In this document: positions 30,831 to 39,589 of the stretch, piece by piece | Layout: each line of letters opens with the position of its first letter | Numbering within the stretch: the stretch's first letter is position 1 | From: Longimicrobiales bacterium | GTDB taxonomy: Bacteria > Gemmatimonadota > Gemmatimonadetes > Longimicrobiales > Gaopeijiaceae | Reading direction: 5' to 3' | DNA length: 64,000 bases | Assembly (NCBI GenBank): GCA_965238005.1 | Contig: OZ250165.1 | Span: 3,648,001 to 3,712,000, forward strand | Notes under the pieces: model-generated | What the model saw: only the letters and a program-made list of their open reading frames with translations | Database searches by the model: none | Told to the model about the DNA's origin: nothing | Made by a program: the position numbers and the translations under genes

Positions 30831-32417
30831 CTAGCGCCGTGCACCGGAGGCCCGCCTCTCCAGATAGTCCTCGAGACTCCGAAGTGGAGGAATGTGGTGA
30901 GGCTGGAGCGGATGGGAGGTGTCCACAAAGGGCGCAGGGTTCGCAGGGAGCGCACCGGCCAATCGCTCCTTCACACGCTGAAAAGCCGGGTCATCGGCGA
31001 GGTTCCTCCACTCCTCGGGGTCTATTTCATGATCGTAGAGTTCCTCACTGCCGTCGATGTACCGAATATAGCGCCAGCGCTCGTCCCGAACGGAGTATTC
31101 GGAGAACTGGTAGGTGGTCACCACCGGACGGTCCCACTCCGCATCAGGGTCGGTGAGGAGAGGCACAAGGCTGCGCCCGTCCAGCCCCGGCTTCTCCGGT
31201 AGGCCCGCCAGCTCAACCAGGGTGGGAAAGAGATCCAGGAGGGAGACCGTGCGGCGGGAGGTCGAGCCGGCCGCCGTGCCGGTGGGAAGCCGGGCGAGGC
31301 CCTCCGGGATGCGAAACATCAAGACGACCCGGGAGAGGTTCTCCCAGAGGGCGAACTTCCGCCAATGCTCCTTCTCGCCAAGCTGCCACCCATGATCGGA
31401 CCACAGGACGACGATGGTGTTGTCCGCATAGGAGCTCTCATCCAAGGCATCTAGGAGCCGGCCCACCATAGCATCGGCATAGGTGATCGAGGCCAGGTAA
31501 CCCTGGACGGCCTGTGGCCACTGGTCCGCCTCGAGCACATGGGCGTTGTAGCCGCCCCCCCGGTGCGCCACCTCCACGGCACGCTCGGGCAGATCGTCCA
31601 GATCGGTCTCCAATACCGAGGGTAGCACGACCATGTCCAGCGGATAGAGGTCGAAGTACTCCCGGGGGACGTACCAAGGAAGATGGGGACGGTAAATCCC
31701 AGCGGCCAGGAAGAAGGGGCGGTCGTGCTCCCGCTCGAGCTGCTCGATCACCCAACTGACCGACTGGTAATCGCCCATCTCCGACTCTTCGATGTCGAGG
31801 GGCGCCCAGTCGAAGGCGGTGTACATGTCGGTGAACATCGGCATGTTGGCCGTGCTACCACCCGGCACCGGCCTAGGGGATCCGGGCATGTGCCGTTCCA
31901 GGGATGGGAAGTAATCGTCCCAGGAAATGGGATCCGGCTGGTTATTGTGAAAGATCTTGCCAGCCCCCGCCGACCAGTAGCCATTGTCGGCGAAGTAGCG
32001 CGGCAGAGTAACCACGTCGGGCATGACTTCCCGCCAATACTGGTAGTTGGAGTACATCCCGCTCGTGTAAGTGTGGAGGCCGGTCAGAAGAGCTGTCCGG
32101 GCCGGGTTACATGACGGTGACGGCGTGTAGGCCCGGGTGAAAACCATCCCCTCGCCGGCCAGCCTGGACAGGTTGGGGGTGATCGCTTGAGGATGCCCGC
32201 CGAGCGGCTCGATCCAGTCATTCAGGTCGTCGACAGAGATGAAGAGGATGTTGGGCTGGGAGACCAGCCCATCGGGAGTGTCCCCGATTCCGCCCGAACA
32301 GCTCGTGAGCATGGCGGCCGCAAGGAGGAGCCCGGATGCATACCGGCGGATCATGCAGTCGGAAGAAGAGGGCTTATTGAACATGGTCAAGGGAAAATGT
32401 ATCCGTCGCAACGTCAC
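30831..32417 (-). CDS. Cys-type sulfatase (choline/iduronate sulfatase-like)
   Basis: NILFISVDDL, CNPAR (CxPxR), GKIFH, PHLPW, SDHG; start may be 32354. Confidence 0.9.
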   Translation of the reverse strand: MTLRRIHFPLTMFNKPSSSDCMIRRYASGLLLAAAMLTSCSGGIGDTPDGLVSQPNILFISVDDLNDWIEPLGGHPQAITPNLSRLAGEGMVFTRAYTPSPSCNPARTALLTGLHTYTSGMYSNYQYWREVMPDVVTLPRYFADNGYWSAGAGKIFHNNQPDPISWDDYFPSLERHMPGSPRPVPGGSTANMPMFTDMYTAFDWAPLDIEESEMGDYQSVSWVIEQLEREHDRPFFLAAGIYRPHLPWYVPREYFDLYPLDMVVLPSVLETDLDDLPERAVEVAHRGGGYNAHVLEADQWPQAVQGYLASITYADAMVGRLLDALDESSYADNTIVVLWSDHGWQLGEKEHWRKFALWENLSRVVLMFRIPEGLARLPTGTAAGSTSRRTVSLLDLFPTLVELAGLPEKPGLDGRSLVPLLTDPDAEWDRPVVTTYQFSEYSVRDERWRYIRYIDGSEELYDHEIDPEEWRNLADDPAFQRVKERLAGALPANPAPFVDTSHPLQPHHIPPLRSLEDYLERRASGARR

Positions 32418-32426
32418 GATGCGACA

Positions 32427-32630
32427 TCACAACGCGACAAAGAGGCCCGTGGCGTACATGATCATGAGGCCCGCCATGAGACCACCGGCGATCAACGGCG
32501 TCCAGACGGTGTCGGGGCTTTGCCTCGCGACCATCCTGTGTAAGGCGACTACGACCTGCACGATCGCTCCGATGCCGATGCTCAAGAATAGTGTCGCCCA
32601 GAGCGGGGAGTAGGCTAGGCCAGGCCCCCC
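32427..32630 (-). pseudogene. C-terminal remnant of ZIP-like metal transporter
   Basis: LAYSPLWATLFLSIGIGAIVQVV..GLMIMYATGLFV; the upstream part is replaced by island-end sequence. Confidence 0.6.
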
Positions 32631-32701
32631 AACCAAGCTCCCGCAACCGTCGGGAGGCCCGCAACAGGATCGCATAACCCTTATTTTATGCACAATCTCG
32701 A

Positions 32702-32774
<73 letters not shown>

Positions 32775-33030
32775 CGGCGGTAAAAATAGCCGGTAGCCGA
32801 GCGAACCTCCACGGCCGCGACACGTTCCTCAGAACATGAGGAGCACCGAGAGTGGGGTGAACCCCCAGTCGTTCTCGCGTATTCGGCCTGCAGCCGAAGC
32901 TCCCGGGCTCACTGCCGAACCCAGAGGCCTGTTGCGGAGCCACTCCAATCCCTCCATTACCAATGCGTATCCCATATCCTCCCGAGGGACCCAGCACCCG
33001 GCGGGCGTCATCGCCTGCGAGGAGAGAACA

Positions 33031-34218
33031 GTGATCGAGACTGACAGCCAGAGGCAGAAGACCAGCGCCGGTGCCTAGGAGACCGCGGTCCAGGATCGCT
33101 ACGCCGACGCCGCACAGGCCCAGGCCGCGGCCCTCTGTTGTCCCGTGGACTACGATTCGAAGTACCTGGAGGTCATCCCGGACGAGGTCATCGAACGGGA
33201 CTACGGCTGCGGCGATCCCAGCCGCTACCTCAGGGAGGGTGAGACCGTCCTCGACCTGGGCAGCGGCACGGGCAAGATCTGTTTCATCGCGTCGCAAGTG
33301 GTGGGAGAAACGGGCAAGGTCATCGGCGTCGACATGACCCCCGAGATGCTGGAGGTCGCCCGTCGAAACGCGCCTGTCGTCGCTGAGCGGATCGGCTACG
33401 CCAACGTGGAGTTCCGGCGGGGCCGCATCCAGGATCTCGCCCTCGATCTGGAGCGGCTGGAGGAGCGCCTGGGCGAGCATCCGGTGTCGACCACCGAGGG
33501 CTACCTCGAGCTCGAGCGGATGACGTCGGACCTTCGGCTTCTGGAGCCCCTGGTCCCCGACGAGTCGGTCGATGTCGTCGTCTCGAACTGCGTCCTGAAC
33601 CTCGTGGCGACGGATCAGAAGCAGAACCTCTTCAGGGAGATCCACCGCATTCTGAGGACGGGCGGACGGGCGGTCATCTCGGACATCGTCTCCGACGAGC
33701 CGGTCCCCGAGGAGCTCCAGATGGACGCCGAGCTCTGGAGCGGGTGTGTCTCGGGGGCCCTCATCGAGGAGGGATTCCTCGAGGCGTTCGAAGAGGTCGG
33801 CTTCTACGGGATCCGTGTCCGGGAGCGCCAGGCCGAGCCCTGGCAGACGGTGAACGGAATCGAGTTCCGCTCGGTGACCGTGGAGGCTTTCAAGGGCAAG
33901 GAGGGCCCCTGCTGGGAGAGGATGCAGGCGGTGGTCTACCGGGGCCCCTTCAAGGAAGTGCTCGACGATGACGATCATCGCATGGAGCGAGGGAAGCGAT
34001 ACGCGGTGTGCGACAAGACCTTCCGCATCTACGGCCGGGAGCCGTACCGGGAGCACTTCGACTTCATCGAGCCGTTGGTCGAGATCCCGTTGGAAGAGGC
34101 GGAGCCCTTCGACTGCACCCGCACGACGGCGCGGCATCCCCGGGAGTCCAAGGGGATGGACTACGACGTGACCACCGACCCTCAGGGGGCTTGCTGTGAG
34201 CCAGGCGACTGCTGCTGA
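33031..34218 (+). CDS. ArsM-like SAM-dependent methyltransferase, in-frame TAG at 33076-33078
   Basis: GGAG RBS + GTG; AVQDRY..LCCP, YGCGDP, LDLGSGTG, SNCVLNL, WSGCVSGA, C-terminal CC..CC. Confidence 0.8.
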
Positions 34219-35179
34219 CGCTAAATCCGGTGGCGCCGTGAGCTCGAATGCCGCGCAGGCCTCGGGCGCCACGGCGGCGCCGAGCTTGCAGACGAACGCA
34301 TCCCGGTCGGAGACCGAGAGCGCGGCTCCCGCGGTCGACCTCCGGTCTTTGGACACGCTGTGGTTCCAGGTGGGAGGCACCCTCTGCAACCTCACGTGCA
34401 GCCACTGTTTCATCTCCTGCTCCCCCACGAACCACACCCACGAGCTCTTGAGCCTGGAGACGGTTCGCTCGTACCTCGACGAGGCCGTGGAGTTGGGCGT
34501 GAAGGAGTACTACTTCACGGGGGGAGAGCCCTTTATCAACCGTGACATGGAGGCCATCCTCGCCGCGACGCTCGAGGTCGGTCCCGCTACGGTCCTGACC
34601 AACGGCCTGCTCCTCGACGGGGAACGGTGCGGTCGGCTGGCCGCGTTGGCCGACGCTTCCGAGTACTCCCTCGATCTGCGCATCTCCCTCGATGGCTACA
34701 CAGCCGAGTCGAACGATCCCATTCGGGGCGAGGGGACGTTCGAGCGGATCCTCGTGGGCGCCCTCAACGCGGCGGAGGCCGGGCTCAACCCGGTCGTCAC
34801 CGTCACCGACGTCCACGAGGGCAACTCCAGCGACCAGGGGCGCACCCGCTTCCTGGAGCTCCTGGCCGGGCGAGGCATCAGACGGCCCAGGCTCAAGGTC
34901 CTGCCGGTCTTCCGCCTCGGAGCGGAGGCCGAGCGGTCCGGCCCGTACGAGAGCTGGCAGAAGCTCTCGGCGACGGACACTCCAGAGGACGGGTGGAGCC
35001 ACCTTCAGTGCTCCTCGTGTCGCATGGTCACCGACCAGGGCGTCTGGGTATGCCCCATCCTGGTAAACGAGCCCTCGGGTCGGATGGGGGAGCGCCTGGC
35101 CGACACCCTCACCGACTTTCCCCTGGACCACCAGGCGTGCTGGACCTGCCACGTCTACGGGGTGAGCTGCCGGACATGA
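34196..35179 (+). CDS. Radical SAM enzyme with Cys-rich C-terminus
   Basis: CNLTCSHC (CxxxCxxC), TGGEPF, TNG, SLDG; C-terminal CSSCR..CP..CWTC..C; start may be 34238. Confidence 0.9.
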   Translation: MSQATAADAKSGGAVSSNAAQASGATAAPSLQTNASRSETESAAPAVDLRSLDTLWFQVGGTLCNLTCSHCFISCSPTNHTHELLSLETVRSYLDEAVELGVKEYYFTGGEPFINRDMEAILAATLEVGPATVLTNGLLLDGERCGRLAALADASEYSLDLRISLDGYTAESNDPIRGEGTFERILVGALNAAEAGLNPVVTVTDVHEGNSSDQGRTRFLELLAGRGIRRPRLKVLPVFRLGAEAERSGPYESWQKLSATDTPEDGWSHLQCSSCRMVTDQGVWVCPILVNEPSGRMGERLADTLTDFPLDHQACWTCHVYGVSCRT

Positions 35180-36129
35180 CCAACGCCCACAAGGGAATGG
35201 CCACGTGGGGTGAGCGTCTGGTTCCCCTGGAGGACTTCCGAGTCGCGACCACGCGCTTCGGTCGGACCCTCTCCGAGGAGGGCCGTCGGTCTGCCGTGGA
35301 GGAGTACCTGACCTCGGCCGACGATGCGACCCCCGTAGAGGGCTCATACGGGCGGATCGCCGTCTTCGGAGGGGTCTACAACAACCACTTCGGCCTCCAA
35401 GCCCTCCTGGAGGACGCCCGCCGACGTGGGGCCGAGGCCGTGTATTGTCTCGGGGATCTGGGAGGCTTCGGGCCGAACCCGGAAGCCATCTGGCCCCTCC
35501 TGGCATCAGGCGATGTGCGGTCCATCCAGGGGAACTACGAGCAGTCCCTGGCCGCCGACCGGGGGGACTGCAACTGCGGATACACCGACCCGCGGGACAA
35601 CCACTTCGCCGCCCTTTCGTACGGCTACACCGAGCGTCGCTGCTCTCCCGAGTTCAAAGCGTACATGGGGGAGCTCCCCAACAGGCGCCGGGTCGCCGTC
35701 GGGGAGGCAGAGCTGCTCCTCGTCCACGGGTCTCCAAGGCAGGTCAACGAGTTCCTCTTCGCGTCGACCTCGTCCACGCCCTACCTGGAGATATTGTGTG
35801 ACGAGAACAGGTGCGACGGGATTCTCTGCACCCACACAGGTCTCCAGTGGCACCGGCGTCTCCCTTCGGGTCGGGACGTGGTGAACGTGGGCGTCATCGG
35901 ACGACCGGCCAACGACGGCCGAACCAACGTCCGGTACGCCGTCCTCTCGGCGGAGAACGGCAGACTCCACGTCGAGCTCGTCCCGCTCGAGTACGATCAC
36001 GAGTCCCTGGCGGCCGAGATGCGCCGAGAGGAGCTTCCGGAGGAGTTCGTCGAGACGATCCTCAGCGGATGGTGGACCACCTGCCTCGAGATTCTGCCGG
36101 CCAAGGAGCGGGCGGCCTCGAGGTTTTAG
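35176..36129 (+). CDS. Atypical calcineurin-like metallophosphoesterase
   Basis: LGDLGGFGP, QGNYE, CNCGY, VHGSP, NVGVIGRP; ATGA-coupled to the radical SAM gene. Confidence 0.82.
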   Translation: MTNAHKGMATWGERLVPLEDFRVATTRFGRTLSEEGRRSAVEEYLTSADDATPVEGSYGRIAVFGGVYNNHFGLQALLEDARRRGAEAVYCLGDLGGFGPNPEAIWPLLASGDVRSIQGNYEQSLAADRGDCNCGYTDPRDNHFAALSYGYTERRCSPEFKAYMGELPNRRRVAVGEAELLLVHGSPRQVNEFLFASTSSTPYLEILCDENRCDGILCTHTGLQWHRRLPSGRDVVNVGVIGRPANDGRTNVRYAVLSAENGRLHVELVPLEYDHESLAAEMRREELPEEFVETILSGWWTTCLEILPAKERAASRF

Positions 36130-36140
36130 GACGTACGTAT

Positions 36141-37391
36141 ATGACGGCATCGAAGCTACGTATCGCCATCCTGGGGAGCGGTCCCACCGGCCTGGAGGCC
36201 GCCCTGGCCGCGGCCGTCGCCGGATACCCATTCACGGTTTACGAGGCGGCGGCGCAGGCGGCGGCCCACGTGCGCGACTGGGGCCACGTCCGGCTCTTCA
36301 CCTCCTGGGACCTCAACGTCTCGGCCCGGATGCGCCAGGCGCTGGACGAGGCCGGCGAGTCTGTCCCCGAAGGGACCGAGTACCCTACGGGAGCGGAGCT
36401 GGTAGAGAAGGCACTCGATCCCGTCAGCGCTCTCTCGGCCCCCTCGGGGCACATCCAGTACAGGGTTCGCGTAGAGCGCCTGGGCCGCACCGGCCTGCTC
36501 AAGCATGAGGAGATCGGCACCGGCGAGCGCGGCCGACACGCCTTCCGACTCCTCCTCCGGGACGACTCCGGCCGGGAGTGGACCGAGGAGGCCGACGTGG
36601 TGATCGACTGCACCGGCAACACCGAGCCCAACGCCCTGGGCGACGGAGGCATCCCCGCCCCAGGTGAAGGGCGCGCATCGGAGGCCATCAGCCATGAGAT
36701 TCCGGACGTATCGGGCAACCCGGAGACCTGGGCGGGACGCACGGTGCTCGTGGTGGGCGCTGGGCACTCGGCCACGACTGCCGTCGTGGACCTCGTCAAG
36801 CTGGCCGAAAAGTACCCCGGGACCGAAGTCGCCTGGGCCATGCGACACGAAGTCCCGGAGCCCGATGTGGACGATCCGCTGGAGGAGCGGGCCGCTCTTC
36901 TCGAGAAGGGAGCCGCGCTGGCCGCCCATCCCCCATCGTGCCTCCGGGTTCGCACCGGGGTCGTGGTCGACGCCTTGACGGTGGGGGAGGGCCGGACCGT
37001 GAGAGAGGCCACCGCACCTGCCACGCCCGGCGGGTCTCCCCGAGTCGGGGCCAAACTGCGGACCCTCGACGGCCAGGTGGAGTGCCTCGACATCGACCGT
37101 ATCCTGGCGCTCACGGGGAAGGTCGGAGATCACCTCCTGTACCGGCAGCTCCAGGTGCACGAGTGCTGGGCGACGCAGGGTCCCATGAAGCTCGCGGCCG
37201 CCCTTCTGGCCCAAAGCGGCGGTAGCGGGGACTGCCTGGATCAGACAAGCCTGGGAGCCGAGACCCTCGTGCACCCCGAGCCCGGGATCTTCATCCTCGG
37301 AATCAAATCCTACGGACGTCGGAGCGACTTCCTGATGAGGGTGGGCTGGGAGCAGGTGGACGAGGTCTTCGGGCTACTGGCCGGACGCTGA
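36141..37391 (+). CDS. FAD/NAD(P)-dependent oxidoreductase (flavin monooxygenase-like, ars-associated type)
   Basis: GSGPTG, WGHVRLF, GAGHSA, GIKSYGR..FLMRVGWEQV. Confidence 0.8.
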   Translation: MTASKLRIAILGSGPTGLEAALAAAVAGYPFTVYEAAAQAAAHVRDWGHVRLFTSWDLNVSARMRQALDEAGESVPEGTEYPTGAELVEKALDPVSALSAPSGHIQYRVRVERLGRTGLLKHEEIGTGERGRHAFRLLLRDDSGREWTEEADVVIDCTGNTEPNALGDGGIPAPGEGRASEAISHEIPDVSGNPETWAGRTVLVVGAGHSATTAVVDLVKLAEKYPGTEVAWAMRHEVPEPDVDDPLEERAALLEKGAALAAHPPSCLRVRTGVVVDALTVGEGRTVREATAPATPGGSPRVGAKLRTLDGQVECLDIDRILALTGKVGDHLLYRQLQVHECWATQGPMKLAAALLAQSGGSGDCLDQTSLGAETLVHPEPGIFILGIKSYGRRSDFLMRVGWEQVDEVFGLLAGR

Positions 37392-37606
37392 CCGGCACAG
37401 CGTATCCGCCACGCCGGCATTCCGGGTCGCAGGCTCCCCGTAGAACGCATCAATGCCCCGGAATGTCGAGCAAACTTTTCCGATCCTAGGCAAAAACCTC
37501 CGGAAAGGCCGACCCCGGGGCCTAGAGAGCCGCAGGCCCGTCCCGATCCCACAAGCCACGGCCCTGCAACGGCTTAACACACGTGGAATCGTACTGCGCG
37601 CCGAGG

Positions 37607-37622
37607 CGGCGTGATCCTTGCA
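37607..37622 (+). promoter_or_regulatory. Candidate sigma54 (-24/-12) promoter for the LamG lipoprotein gene
   Basis: CGGCGTGATCCTTGCA: GG-N10-GC with TTGC; IHF-like CAA-N4-TTA upstream. Confidence 0.45.
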
Positions 37623-37756
37623 TACCAATTGACACGCGAACGGCCCATCACGCCGCTCACACGACGCGGAGTCTGCCTCTGCTCCCAGCCTCAGGCCGGA
37701 CTTAAGCGCAGAAGCGCTGGACCGACCCGACCGAACTCGTCCAAAGAGGCACTGAA

Positions 37757-39076
37757 ATGATGCGAAGACACGCTGTTCCCCCCGCAGCCGTCGCATTCGC
37801 ACTGGCATTCCTGGGTTGCGAGCAGACGGCCACAGGTCCCGATCTCCTGCGAGATCTCGGACCGTCATTGGCCATCGAGGGAGTGTCCGAGTTCCCCACG
37901 ACCTCGGTTCTCGGGGGCACGTGCATCGACTCCGGATCGCCCGTGTCGTGGTGGCCCGGAGAGGACGACTTCAACGACGTGGTCGGCGAGAATCATATCG
38001 TCCGGGATAACGGAGTTGAGTTCACGGCGGGGGTCGTCGGTCAGGGATTCAGGATCAGCCCGTTCACCTCGGTGGGTCAGTCGTTCATGGAGATCGACGA
38101 CTCACCCGATCTCCAGCCCACGAACTTCACGATCGACCTGTGGGCTCAACGCTTCGGCCAGGGTCAGAACTTTGACGAATTCGGCAACATACTCGTCCAG
38201 AAGGCGATCGACGACGATGATCTGAGCGCCGGAGTGTCGTACCTCATCTCTTGGAATGACGTTAACAAAATCGTGGCGTTGCTCTCCTTTTCTGTTGGCG
38301 CTCCGGTCATACTCGAGGGGACCTCGGCGCATGGGTTTGCCGACCCAGATGCCGACCCTGCCGACCCGTTCGTTCACGTGGCCCTCACGTACGACGGCAC
38401 CACGGCCAGGCTCTACGTCAACGGCACCGTCGAAGACTACGACGCACCCGGGCGTTCCGTCGCCTACGGTGAAGGGTCGATGGTCGTCGGAGCGACCTTT
38501 GAGGCCGCTCGGACCAGATTTCCAAGATCCCCGGACGGCATCATCGACGAATTGGAGATCTTCGACTACGCTCTCACCGACGATCAGATCCGGGAGATCT
38601 ACGAGACGGAGGGCGCCTGCAAGCTACGATACGAGCCGTCCCCCGAGGTTGACATCGACATCAAGCCGGGCAGCGAAGACAACCCGATCAACCTCGGCGC
38701 CGGTGGCGGAAAGAGCGGCAAGGGCAAGGGCAAGGGCAAGGGCAAGGGGAAGGGCAACGCCAACATCCCGGTCGCCATTCTGACCACCAACGACTTTGAC
38801 GCGTCCACGGTCGACGTGTCCACCGTGACGCTGGGCGACGACGACGACGACACGGTCGGCGTGATCGTCAAGAAGAACGACACGCTCCAGGCGGCGCTCG
38901 AGGACGTGGACGACGACGGCGACCTTGATCTGCTGATGCACTTCAGCATCGCCGATCTGGTGGCCAGCGAAGATCTCGACGAGTCCACCACCCAGCTCTG
39001 TGTGAACGGGTCGAGCCTCGACCCCGATGCCATCCATGGATGCGACATGGTGGCCATCGTCGGGGGCGGCGCGTAG
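37757..39076 (+). CDS. LamG/concanavalin-like surface lipoprotein with C-terminal IDIKPG domain and Ca-binding motif
   Basis: Lipobox FLGC; HVALTYDG..LYVNG, GIIDELEIF; IDIKPGS..IPVAIL; DVDDDGDLD. Confidence 0.75.
   Translation: MMRRHAVPPAAVAFALAFLGCEQTATGPDLLRDLGPSLAIEGVSEFPTTSVLGGTCIDSGSPVSWWPGEDDFNDVVGENHIVRDNGVEFTAGVVGQGFRISPFTSVGQSFMEIDDSPDLQPTNFTIDLWAQRFGQGQNFDEFGNILVQKAIDDDDLSAGVSYLISWNDVNKIVALLSFSVGAPVILEGTSAHGFADPDADPADPFVHVALTYDGTTARLYVNGTVEDYDAPGRSVAYGEGSMVVGATFEAARTRFPRSPDGIIDELEIFDYALTDDQIREIYETEGACKLRYEPSPEVDIDIKPGSEDNPINLGAGGGKSGKGKGKGKGKGKGNANIPVAILTTNDFDASTVDVSTVTLGDDDDDTVGVIVKKNDTLQAALEDVDDDGDLDLLMHFSIADLVASEDLDESTTQLCVNGSSLDPDAIHGCDMVAIVGGGA
38717..38758 (+). repeat. (GGCAAG)n hexamer repeat encoding a GK run
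   Basis: Five perfect GGCAAG units plus two variants. Confidence 0.9.
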
Positions 39077-39115
39077 TAGCTCCAGATACAACGAAGCCCC
39101 CCCCCCCACCGTATC

Positions 39116-39151
39116 GGGGCGGTCTCCCAGCGGAGGCCGCCCCATCGTTTT
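39116..39151 (+). terminator. Intrinsic terminator
   Basis: GGGGCGGTCTCC-CAGC-GGAGGCCGCCCC followed by ATCGTTTT. Confidence 0.65.
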
Positions 39152-39589
39152 CTCGGATCCGCCGAACCGCTAGCTACCGGTCGTTCTCCAAGACTGGATC
39201 CACCACGAGACAATCTTTTCCAATCTCAAGAGGACGTCATTCCGTCCAACTCCCAAACGTACTGCGGGGTAATCCGCGGACACCGCTCAGGAGTCCCAGA
39301 GGGTAAAAAGGCGACTCATTGACGTTGGCAACACCATCGGATAAGAAGAAATGAAGAAATCGCGCGGAGATTCCAGTGTTTCCGCGGGGTGTCGGTCCGT
39401 GAGGCAGATGCCGCTCACGCGGCTCCTACAAAGGGAGTAGGTCGGAGAGAAATACCCGCAAGAAAGTTGTTGCGGGGCCCGAAGACCGTTGGTAACGTTT
39501 AGATAGGGAGTATGCCTCCGCTCCCCGGGTCGGCGGGGTACGTCGGCCAAGAAAAACACTTTTCGACCTCAGACTCTCCAGGAGGCGAC

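Larger units (their letters stand above)
24785..32701. mobile_element. Decayed genomic island 1 (about 7.9 kb) adjacent to the tRNA-Lys 3' end
   Basis: Bounded by the tRNA and a 45-bp att copy; remnants at both ends; no integrase. Confidence 0.65.

Noticed and set aside
34216..34224. Selenocysteine at the methyltransferase CC-TGA end
   Set aside because: TAA follows two codons later and no convincing SECIS hairpin is visible
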